From the human T2T-CHM13v2.0 reference genome, Homo sapiens: a DNA stretch of 64,000 bases. The stretch lies in assembly GCF_009914755.1 (NCBI RefSeq), contig NC_060948.1. One strand, written 5' to 3'. Shown piece after piece: positions 25,125 through 35,942 of this stretch; the first letter of the stretch is position 1, and the number at the start of each line of letters is the position of its first letter. The notes under the pieces are model-generated. The model saw only the letters and a program-made list of their open reading frames with translations. It did not search any database and had not been told where the DNA came from. The position numbers and the translations under genes are program-made.

Positions 25125-26835
25125 ACCCTTGTAAAAATATCAATGACCCATTCTTCATAGAAAACCAACCTGAAAATAATAGATTTGCTATGAAATGGCA
25201 AAAGGTCCTGAGGACCCAGAGCAATCCAGTAAAAAGCACAAAGCTGAAGGCATCACACTACCTAACTTCACAATATACTACAAAGTTTTTCATACCAAAA
25301 TATAACAGCACTGCTAGAAAAGCAGAGACATGAGCTAATGAAAAACAGTAGAGGCTCAGAACTAAGTCACTGCATTTATAGCTCATGACCTTTTCCCAAA
25401 GAAGCAAAAACACACAGTGCAAAATCCAGTATCTTCTATAAACTAGGTTGGGGAAAACCTGAATATCCATATACAAGATTTTAAAAGTAGATTATTTCTC
25501 ACCAAACTCCAATGTCAGACCTGAAACGATAAAAATACCAGAAGAAATCACAAGGAAGAAGTTCCATGACATCGGTGAGGGCAGATGGCCTCAATGGGAC
25601 TGCAAAAGCACAGTAAACACAATCAAAAATAGAGAATGGTGTTATATCAAACTAAAGTGCTTTGGCACACCACAGGAAACTAAACAGAGGAAAGGGACAT
25701 TCTACAGGATGGGAGAAATCATTGGCTCACCATACATCTGTTAATGGGTGAATACAGTACTTAAGGAACTCCAACAACTCAATAGCATGAAAACAAATGG
25801 GCTAAGGATGTGAATACTCATTTGTGAAACTAAGACATACAGTTGCCCAGCAGACACACTAAAAAGTGCTCATCATCCCTAATCCATCAGGAAAATGCAA
25901 ATCAAAACCACAATGAGATTTCATCTCATGTCAGTCAGAATGCCTATTTTCCAAAAGCCTGAAACAAAAAACAAATAACAAAAAACAACAACAACAAAAA
26001 CACACACACACCTCATTTCTGGTGAGGATGCAGAGAAAAGGAAATCCTTGCACACTTTTGGTGGGAATGTAAATTAGTGCAGGATTACAAGAAGCTTTAT
26101 GGATTTTATTTAATTATAAAGAGTCTTCAGAAATCTACAAGTAGAACCACCCACCATATGATCCAGCAAATCAGAATACCGGGGCACACTCATAAGTATA
26201 CAAATCAGTATGTTGAAGCAGTGCATGCACCCATGCAATTATTGCTGCATGCTTTACATTTTCACTATAACCAAAATATGGAAGCAACCTGAGTGTCCCT
26301 CAGTTGAAGAGTGGACAAAAAAATGGGGCATATATGCACAATGGAAAAATCTGCTGCAATAACAAAGAAGGAAATCCTGCCAGTTGTGACAATACATCTG
26401 AATCTGCTGAATGTGTACATGCCACTTTGTTAAGTGACACAAGCCAGGTATCAGAAAGGCAAATAGCACATGACCTCATTCCTATAAAAAATCTAAAAAA
26501 TGGACCTCACATAGGTAGTGACTCCAGTGGTTGGGGTGGTGTTTAATGGAGAGGGTGCACTGAGGAGACGTTGGATCAAGAACACATATTTCTAGTTAGA
26601 AAGGAGGAATGCTTAAAAACCTTTTCTACAGCATGCTGACTATAACTAGTGATTTACATATTCTTTCTCTAAACAATCCTAAGACAATGTATGTCAAGTT
26701 TTATCACCACAAAAATGAAAAATATGTGAGGTCATATATGTGCTATTAGCTGGATATATCTAATGCCTAATGTATATGAGTTTTTGAACTTCAACTTTTG
26801 AGTTACAAATATGTATCATTTCATAAGAAAATTTT
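25125..26835 (+). mobile_element. Old L1 (L1M-type) ORF2 3' portion and 3' UTR, internally deleted
   Basis: AAAGCTGAAGGCATCACACTACCTAACTTCACAATATACTACAAAG and AAATGCAAATCAAAACCACAATGAGA. Confidence 0.8.
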
Positions 26836-26842
26836 AAAAATA

Positions 26843-27875
26843 AAATGGTATCTAATTAAACTAAAGAGCTTCTGTACAGCAAAAGAAACCACCGTCAGAG
26901 AGAATAGGAAAACTACAGAATGGGAGAAAATTTTTACAATATACCCATCTGACAAAGGGCTAATATCCAAAGTCTACAAAGAACTTAAACAAATTTACAA
27001 GAAAAAAATCAAACAACCCCATCAAAAAGTGGACAAAGGGTATGAACAGACACTTCTCAAAAGAAGACATTTATGCAGCCAACAGGCACATGAAAAAATG
27101 CTCATCATCACTGGCCATCAGAGAAATGCAAATCAAAACCACAATGAGATACCATCTCACACCAGTTGGAATGGTGATCATTAAAAAGTCAGGAAAGAAC
27201 ACGTGCTGGAGAGGATATGGAGAAACAGGATGCTTTTGCACTGCTGGTGGGACTGTAAACTAGTTCAAATATTGTGGAAGACAGTGTGGCAACTCCTCAA
27301 GGATCTAGAACTAGAAATAACATTTGACCCAGCCATCCCATTACTAGGCATATACCCAAAGGATTATAAATCATGCTGCTATAAAGACACAAGCACACGT
27401 ACGTTTATTGCAGCACTATTCACAATAGCACAGACTTGGAATCAACCCAAATGTCCATCAGTGATAGACTGGATTAAGAAAATGTGGCACATATACACAA
27501 CAGAATACTATGCAGCCATAAAAAAGGGTAAGTTCACGTCCTTTGTAGGGACATGGATGAAGCTAGAAACCATCATCCTGAGCAAACTATTGCAAGGATA
27601 GAAAACCAAACACCACATATTCTCACTCATAGGTGGGAATTGAACAATGAGAGCACCTGGACACAGGGTGGGGAACATCACACACCGGGACCTGTTGTGG
27701 GGTGGGGGGAGGGGAGAGGGATTGCCTTAGGAGATATACCTAATGTAAATGATGAGTTAATGGGTGCAGCACACCAACATGGCACATGTATGCATATGTG
27801 ACAAACCTGCATGTTGTGCACATGTACCCTAGAACATAAAGTGTAATAATAAAAAATTGTAAAAATAAAAAAAAT
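26843..27875 (+). mobile_element. 5'-truncated L1PA 3' end with poly(A)
   Basis: ORF2 C-terminal peptides [37 protein letters not shown] and WIKKMWHIYT; G-rich 3' UTR; A tail. Confidence 0.95.
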
Positions 27876-27940
27876 ACAATTTTTAAAATTCCTTAAGAGA
27901 ATAAATGTCTGTGAAGTATTTTCTTATAAAGAAGTGCCAA

Positions 27941-27998
27941 TATATATACATATGTGTGTGTATATATATATGTGTATATATATATATAATATATATAT
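27941..27998. repeat. (TA)n/(TG)n microsatellite
   Basis: Directly visible in the sequence. Confidence 0.9.
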
Positions 27999-28136
27999 CC
28001 CAATGTAAATGATCAATTGAAATATAGAAATTACAGGCCTGGAGACTATAGTCCATGAATTGAAACCTTCACTGCATATTTCAAAAGAAGACATGAGGAG
28101 GCAGAAGGAAAAAGAAAACATCTCAAAGCCATTTTG

Positions 28137-28445
28137 GGGCCCTGGGTCACGCCTGTAATCCCAGCACTTTAAGAGGGTGAGGTGGGAGGACTGCTTGCAC
28201 TCAAGAGTTCCAGACCAGCCTGGGGCAACATGGGCCCACCTCTAAAAAGTAACTAATTAATTAATTAATATGTAGCTGGGAGGGGTGGCATGCATCTCTA
28301 GTGTCAGCTGTGTGAGAGTCTGAGTTGAGAGGATCACATGAGTGTGGGGTGTCCAGGCTGCAGTGGGCTGAGATCATGGTTTTGTTCTCTAACCTAGGAT
28401 CCAGAGTAAGACCCATTCTCAGAAAACAAAACAACAAAAAAGAGT
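28137..28445 (+). mobile_element. Degenerate Alu (AluJ-like)
   Basis: TCACGCCTGTAATCCCAGCACTTT...GGGAGGACTGCTTG...CAGGCTGCAGTGGGCTGAGATC followed by an A-rich tail. Confidence 0.85.
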
Positions 28446-31436
28446 CAAATTAGGTAAATTAAAACTATGTAGTGTGAAGATAATAAAAATAAACAAAACA
28501 TCATTAGAGCCTATGTGACCCAATGAAAGAAACCAGCTTTCAAATAACAGCCCCAGTTGGGGAGAACAATAAGAACGGGCAGAGAGAACACTGTAAGTAG
28601 TAATACACCTAACTCCTCAAATGAGTTAAAAGACAGGAATGTACAAAGAGTACTTCCTTTGGCCTCAAAGCCCTTAATAACAAGTGTCTTTTTCTGAATC
28701 CCTGACATAGATTCAGCTCACCTGAACCTCTTGGTGAGGTTCTCAGTCTATGATCTGCCCTTTCTATATGTTCTCATCTTATTTCACATCACTTATCTAT
28801 GGCAGTTCATAGTCATTCATGATTCTTTGACATTGTTTGACACAATGAAGAACTCAGATATAAGTTCATTAAACAATAATTTATGACTTCATGAAGAAAT
28901 TCTGTATACACGATGTTTGTTAAAAGGATAATACAAAATAAAAACGTAGGGAGAAGCACATTTTCTCTGTTTCATCATTGCGCTTGTGTTTACACCACAT
29001 GTATCTATGAACTACAGCTGCCTCCTGGAAAATGATCTTACACAATGTCTTGAAAGTTCTCTTTCCACTTTAGAGACCATAGGCATAACCCACTTTTTCA
29101 CTTTTCCACCTTTTGGATATACTGAGTGGTTCAACTGGGGTCCATCTGACTTTTGGCTTTACTGTAATGCCCAGTTATTCTTTTTTTTTTTTAACACTGT
29201 CATTCCTAGATAGGCCTGAAATAAACGGTTCATTATGGCTCAAAAAAGAACTCATCTCCTTCACCTGAGATTCTTTATAAGAGGAATTTCATCCAGACAT
29301 GAAAACAATAATCTGACGCCACTGCCCACAGATTCAGAATTACAAAGTAAATTCAGAAGAGGATAGGAAGATAGATGATGCAGATGGAGAGAGGGGAGTG
29401 GGTAAGAAAGGGAAGGAATAAAGGAGGGGTGTAAGGGAAGGAAAAGAACAAAGGAAGGGAGAGAGAGTGATAGATGTCCAAAGACACAAATAGAAAGTCT
29501 GTCATGGTTGTAGAGATAGGTGTGTACAAGTTAATACAGGCAGTGTGGAAACATGTCTGACAGACAGAGACATAGGTGGAGTCAGAGGAAAGATCCAAAC
29601 CCATACAGATATACAGACAAACACTTGGCAGTTTAAACATGAAAAAACTCCAAGACCCTGATGCTAGAAATAACAGAGGTGTTTCAGAGTTACTGAGGCA
29701 GAATGCAAATTTGTCAGAGACCTTAGCATCTGTGGCCCATGTGAACAGATATTCAGTGGAAGCAGCATTAGACTGACTGTATAATTCAGCACGATCTCTG
29801 ATAATGCCTAAACAATGGAGCACATGTGAAATCACTAGACTGAATTGCATGTAGGATATGAGGAAGAAGCCCAGTCAGCAGCGTTCACTCGGTTGGGTGG
29901 CCAATATGGCTCAGCCACCAGCTCATGGCAAGCCTATCATTGTAGACAGTTTCTAGTTTGCTGCCTGCCTTGGGAAAAGCTCTTCCCCTACCACCACTTT
30001 AAAACAGGCTAGCTCAAAAACTAGCCCTGGCATCTACTTACAGTCTTTTCCTTATCTATTTACCTCCTAGAAAAATCATTGCAAGACCATTTCCTCAACT
30101 TTTTCCTATGCATTAAATTTGGTGCAAGACCTTTTCAGACAACCTAATTATAAGCAAGTCCCCAGACATTTCCCAATCTGAGTTGCCCTGAGTGCGCACA
30201 CCAATCTACTGCCCCACTCCCACTATAGCGTTACTGTAATGGACCACAGTGCCCTTCGACCAGCACACAGTAAGATAGAGGGCAGCTTGAGGGGGCCAAA
30301 GAGTTCCCACTGTTTTCAGGAATAATTTGCTGAGAAAACCTGTTTCTCATGTGTTTGTGGGTCATGGGGACAGTAGTCAGAAGAGGTCAAAACTCCTGCT
30401 CCAGAGGCCTCAGCTGTCTGCATGAGAGCAGGGGCAAAACTGAGCTATAGATTTTCAAAGCTCATCTGCTGATACCGAGCAGAAGGTGTGGAATGCATAC
30501 TGAAGGCAGCACAATAGATTCATGAACTTCTGACTGTCAAACCCTCTTTCCTGAAACAATATAGCTCTTCTTACAGAAGCTGGGCTGACCAGTTCATATG
30601 GGACAGGAATGTTAGCACTCTATTAGTGTGTCTTTGACAGGGATGCTCATGTTGTATCTGTTTTATCTGGGAATGGGGAAGAAAGTTCTGCACCCAACTC
30701 TGAAATCCTCCTCCTCCATCCATGACAGAGGCCACCCCTTGTCCTGTGCATAGACACAGATGTTCCTGGCAAGCAGCCACCCCAGAGTCCATGCATGGAT
30801 CCTCTGGCAATCTTCTATTACACAAATCCACCAACCTTCCCCTCACTTTTGCATGTTTGTGTTTTCCCATAGTCACCTATGCCAGAAAAAAAAAAATAAG
30901 GCGTACCCTGAATGCCTTCCCACATGCCTCTGTCACCTTTCCAATAGTCCCTCCAGACACCTTACATGCCCATTTCTTCTCACATTGATGGTACCCCTGG
31001 TCCTGAGAGGCTGATTGTTCCAGAAAAGGATTATGCATTCACCTTTAAAAGCAGAACATGTGATTTCAACATGAAAGTGAACTTTAAGATTTCCATCATC
31101 CTGTGCTATCTTAATGTGTTTGATGATACCCAAAATGAAGGATTTTGGAGTTACCTTATCCCAGCAAACTGGGTCCTGGATATCTTAGTGGCCACTAACC
31201 CCTTTCAATGAACTACCTCTGCTTCCGTAGGGTGAAGTAAGCCTCCAGGTAAACTGTCTTTTCTTTCTTGTATCTCCCCAACTCTGTATTGTAAGAAGAA
31301 TCCCCAAACATTCTACACCCATTCACTCTACAACTTTAGAGGCCTAGCTCCAACACAGACTGGTCATTTCCATGAAAAGAATAAAACATATGGATTGATC
31401 AATTCATTGTGACACATGAATCCGGGATGAACATAC

Positions 31437-31455
31437 CCACACACACAGATACACA

Positions 31456-31488
<33 letters not shown>
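31437..31488. repeat. (CA)n microsatellite just 3' of the TSPY pseudogene
   Basis: Directly visible in the sequence. Confidence 0.92.
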
Positions 31489-31491
<3 letters not shown>

Positions 31492-31497
31492 CACACA

Positions 31498-34268
31498 TCC
31501 TTAATAGTGTTTATTTTTCATTCCATAAAATCCAAGTTTAACCCCTCTTCCTGTCTGCGTTTTTTTGTGCCTGGATCTGTTTTTCCTTTAGGTCGTGTGC
31601 ATAAGACCATACTGAGTACTGACATCCTGCATACTGTAGTAACTTTGTAGGAGTTCTGCTGTTTCAGGTAAAGCCTGATGCTCCATCATATTCATCTCAA
31701 AATCCAGAAGTCCCCTAGAGAAACACAAACGCATGTCAAAATGCATTTCCTCTGAGCCATAATTTAAAATGTTTTAATTTTAGGTCCTGCTGAGTAAAGA
31801 CTACCCCTTTCCCACTTTTGATCTCTTAAACTTCGTCCTACCATGTGTTACAAACTGTTCTCTGCAATACCTGCTCCATTCCCAGTATACTCTGTGATGG
31901 GATTCAGCTAACAAGATGCATTGTTCACAAAAAGCACACCGAATCATCAGGCAGTAGCTTAAGAAAATCCATCAATCTAAACAGTCTTGTGTGGTTTGTG
32001 GCAAGGATGACAAAGAGGCACATTCAGGGAGTTAAATCTTAAGGGGTTGATAGGATGACTGCCAGTGGGGCTGACAGCCATGGAATCAAGTGCCACAAAT
32101 TGAAGTTAATGATTCAGCTTTACCTCTCAGTGAATCTGGACATGGACTATACTTCTCTGGGCTTAAGACTCCACAGTTATAACCTGCTATGCAGTGTAGT
32201 CTCTAAAGTGCCTTTTTCAGCTCAATGCCCTGAATGTCCTGGATTCTGTCCCTCTCTGTCTTCCTCTCAAGGAATTTCCACATTTATGAAATAAGCCTCA
32301 ATTTCTACATTTCTGAAATGAGAGTCCAGGCTCCCTGAATAGTGAGGGGTGTCAACTCCCTCATAGTGGGCATCAAACAGCTCCAGTTCCAACTGAATGG
32401 CTTACCTGAAATCTCTGTTCCCTCTTCAGGTGGCTTCATCCTCTTGTAGTATTGCAGGGGATTGTGCCACAGGTCCTTACATAGGATCTGTCAGGGGAAT
32501 CAATTGGGAAAGGCCTCATCAGGGCTCAGACTGGTGACCTAAGCAGCTGGGAACACACCAGGTCATTCCTGATGTTTCCCGGTGAGGATGCACCTCAGCA
32601 ATCCTATTAGGTCCTGTGAAGTTGTGGTCAGAAAACCAGTTGAAGAAGTTAAGGCTGCTATTGTGGTGTCTGGGTCAATAAGTCTCAACTTCATAATCTG
32701 GATACTACTGAATTGGAGTGGAATGAGAAGCCCTGTATTCTACAGAGAGGATTTTATGTGAAGAGGGCTGGATCACATTGGCAATTATCCACCCATCATC
32801 TTCCTTCCACTACCCATCCTGGAAGCCACTTGTCACCTGTGACATTCCCAAGATATTCCTTGGTCACCATTTTATTCTGGAAGTAGGGGTTACTCCAAAA
32901 TAACAACATGATCTTGCAGAGATGAATGGGATGTTTCACTTCTTTCACCTGTCAGAACAAGGTGGAGAAAGCTTAAACATCTTTTTGGGTGAGGTGCCCA
33001 CTGTTGCTTACAGGAATGAATTATTTCCCTTACCCTCCCCCACTAAACCCTCTAGCCTCAGTCTTCCCAGCCTCACCTCCAAGTTGATCACGTAGCTCAG
33101 CATGTCTTCATCTTGGTCACTGATCAGGGCTGATATCAAGAGGTGGTTTGCCATCTGCTTTAGGTCAAAGAGCCTTTAGATGCAATGGAAGGAAAAGTTA
33201 GAAGCAAGAGGGAAGAAGACCTAGAGCACCCAGAGGCTTGGGTAAGGAATTTCTAAGATCTGCTTCCATGTATGACCTCCCTTTCTACTCTACCTCCCCC
33301 TGAATTAAGGCCTCTTGGGCTCATGGAGTGCATATAATTCTGAGGCTGACTGCACTGACACACGGAGGGGTGACTTGGGAAGAGTCGCTGGCGTCTGAGG
33401 AGTGGCAGAATATGCTTATAACCGAAGACGCCCATTCCCAGATCGGACTGGCAAGGGGCAGCAATCACACTCCCTTAACAATAGCTTGATTCACAGAAAA
33501 ACCTGTTCTGGTGAGAACTCGCTTCTGCTCTCCAAAAAGATGCCCCAAACGTCTGCTGCTTGGCATCACGAAGGGTTTCTCTGCCGCATGCAGGAAAATA
33601 ATACCCACGCCTGCTCCAGTTTACTACAGCCACATTTGTCCACGGCAACTCACTGTTGTTCCCCAAATAATCACATCGACGCCGAGCTGCCCATCAGTTA
33701 CTTACACTTCCCCAAGAGCACCTCTCAACTAGAAAGGCAGAAGAAATACTGAAAAGGTTACAACATTGGCCCAGCAGCCAGGGATGTTCTGGATGATGGC
33801 GCCTGTGCAGTACAGGCGCGGCTTGTGCCTCCTCTCCAGCTTTTCCCACTGCTGAGAAAAGGCCTTCCTGGCTCAGGCATTAACTGGCTCCAGCTCCACC
33901 TGAATGGCCAGCAGCTCCTCCAGTGCAGACTCTGGGGTCATGGGCCCAGGGCCAGGCTGTGCCCGCTGGGCCTCCTCCTGCCACTCCACGAGGGCCTCCT
34001 CCTGGGCCACCACCTCCACCTCCACCTCCACCTCCACCTCCACCTCCACCTCCACCATTATGTCATCCAGCACTAGCACCACCTCCTCCCCGAAGGCCGC
34101 CGCCTTGCTCTGAGCCCCGGACGCCTCCTCCTGCAGAGACTCTATCCTGAAAATGGTGCCCTCTTTGGGACTCTCACAGACCACAGCCTGTGCCACCCGA
34201 CCCACACCACAGGCACCCTGCTGCTGTGCTTACTGGAGCCTGTGGGCGGGTAGGCCCTCAGGGCACAT
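31498..34268 (-). pseudogene. TSPY: Six-exon canonical TSPY unprocessed pseudogene (possibly TSPY5P). Exons: 34268-33762, 33154-33077, 32948-32837, 32739-32594, 32487-32406, 31714-~31498
   Basis: ATG at 34268 (MCPEG...). Motifs [58 protein letters not shown] and [14 protein letters not shown]. Internal exons are 78/112/146/82 bp with GT-AG boundaries; AATAAA at 31515-31510. Premature stops: TAA at codon 13, TGA at 33875-33873, and TAG plus TGA in exon 4. Confidence 0.96.
34011..34055 (-). repeat. (GTGGAG)7 hexamer expansion encoding poly-(Val-Glu) in TSPY exon 1
   Basis: (CACCTC)x7 on the plus strand; translates as M(VE)7VVAQ. Confidence 0.95.
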
Positions 34269-35088
34269 GCCCCGGGCTTCCAGGAGCCCCCTAACGAACT
34301 GCACGCAAAGGGCGCTGGGAGCCGCGCCACTACTGCCCACTTCCCGGCAAGACCAATCAGTGCGATGGTGGTGGGCGTCTCCCTGGGTGACACCTCCCCA
34401 GGCTGACCTGCATCACCAGCCCCCCGGGGTAAGCCTCCTCTGAGAAGCCCTCGCAGCTTGTGCCAGGTAGCGCTAGGTGCAGGCACAAGTGGGCTGCATG
34501 GCCTTTGGCATTGTGGGCATGGAAGCCCAGTGCCCTAACTGATATCCTGAGTATGGCAAGCTATTGACCCACAGGGAACACATGAAAACATCTCACTGCA
34601 TTAGGCAGGCCAGGTAGGTGGTACAGAATATTGCAGATCCAGAGGAGAACTCTCTCTGGCTGCTGAGGCGAGGGTGGCGGGGGTGGCCTGGGGTAAGTGG
34701 GTCGGGGCCAGCTCTTGGGAGGAAAGTCGCCTGGTTGTGCTGAGGTGGAATTCGTCTGCTCCAGAGGTCGGAACCCTGGCAAGCACTCTCGCAGGTCTAG
34801 GCAAATACAGGCTCCGAGTACCATGCTTCCTCCTTGAGAATGCTGTACTCCCAGGAGCATTCTAAAAGGCTTCGCATCCTATGTCCCGGGCACACTGGAG
34901 GCCAGCCGCCAGGGTTGGCTACCGACAGCCTGCGTGCCTGCTGTTGTGCACTGCCTTGCCGACCCAGAGGCTCCCGCACGTGCAGCAACGTCTGCAGTGC
35001 CTGCTGGCGGGGCTCTGAAAGCCCAGGACATGGGCCTCTAGATCCTGAACTCCTGTGCGCAGTTGACCCTGGTGGGGACCTGAGCCCC
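34269..35088. promoter_or_regulatory. TSPY upstream promoter region lying between TSPY (-) and paralogue copy C (+)
   Basis: GC-rich, with a CCAAT motif at ~34353, between two divergently oriented first exons; homologous to 432-1200. Confidence 0.65.
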
Positions 35089-35942
35089 ATGGCGAGAGTG
35101 GCGATCTGCGGGCCCAGCGGGGCCCTTCAGGAAACCTGGGTCCATGTAGGTGTGGTACTAGGTTCTCAGCAGGGTGAGGCCCACGGGACTTTCAGGGAGC
35201 AGGCCTCTTGTGGAGCAGCCCTCCTGTGGAGCAGCCCCCAGAGCCTAGGGGTGCTGGGGATGCGCTGGGCTGCGCAGGCCGGGGTCTGTCGGAGCACCCA
35301 GGAGGACACCATGTTCAGGCTGGAGGCTCTGCTGGAGAGGAAGGCCGGGGTACAGATCAAGGAGGAGGCCTTGGAAAAGGAGAAGGTGCTTATGGTGGAA
35401 GACCTAATGGCTGAGGTGGAGGTGGTGGTTGAGGAGGAGACCGATGTGAAGTGGCAGAAGGAGGACCAGTGGGCACAGCCTGGCCCTGGAGGCAGCACAC
35501 CCAGGCCGTCAATGAGCTCACTGGAGGTCTTCACTTGGAGCTGGGCTCCATGAATGCCTCAGGCCACAGGGCATCTCCAGCTTCTGGGCCAGAGCCATAT
35601 CCTTGCAGCAGCCCATTTGGGATGGCTGGCAGCAGGGGTTGGGCATCAGGCTTTGGGGGGGTTGTGCGGGATGGGTGGGGGGAGGAGCCAGGAGGGAGGC
35701 ACATGTGGTCAGCCAGGAGGCAGGGGATGGGGGACAGGTGGGAGCTGAGGTCAGTTTCCTGCAGATAGGAGGGCAGATTGCTGTCAGAGCCCTGGGAGCA
35801 GTTGATAGGGATGGGGAGCCAAGCACAGCACTCACAAGAGAGAATCGCGGCTCCAAGGACCCTTCACACACAGCACAAAGTTGAAGGGCATTTTTCCCTG
35901 GGAAAGTCCCTGGAGGAAGGGGACTCTGCACACCCATGCCAG
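35089..35942 (+). pseudogene. TSPY: Diverged TSPY-like paralogue, copy C (exon 1 and start of intron 1), truncated by alpha satellite
   Basis: Encodes MRWAAQAGVCRSTQEDTMFRLEAL...EDLMAEVEVVVEEE...WAQPGPGG and is collinear with 1202-2014. Homology ends at CCCATGCCAG (35942). Confidence 0.85.

Noticed and set aside
29576-29776. 66-aa ORF possibly related to FAM197Y
   Set aside because: Cannot be verified from the sequence; short, GTG start, no motif.
33825-34150. Poly-Pro, poly-HL and poly-TS ORFs on the plus strand
   Set aside because: Antisense readings of the (CACCTC)n repeat.
33873-34205. 110-aa TSPY-like ORF as a functional CDS
   Set aside because: Bounded by premature stops, starts at GTG, and exon 4 has two further stops.
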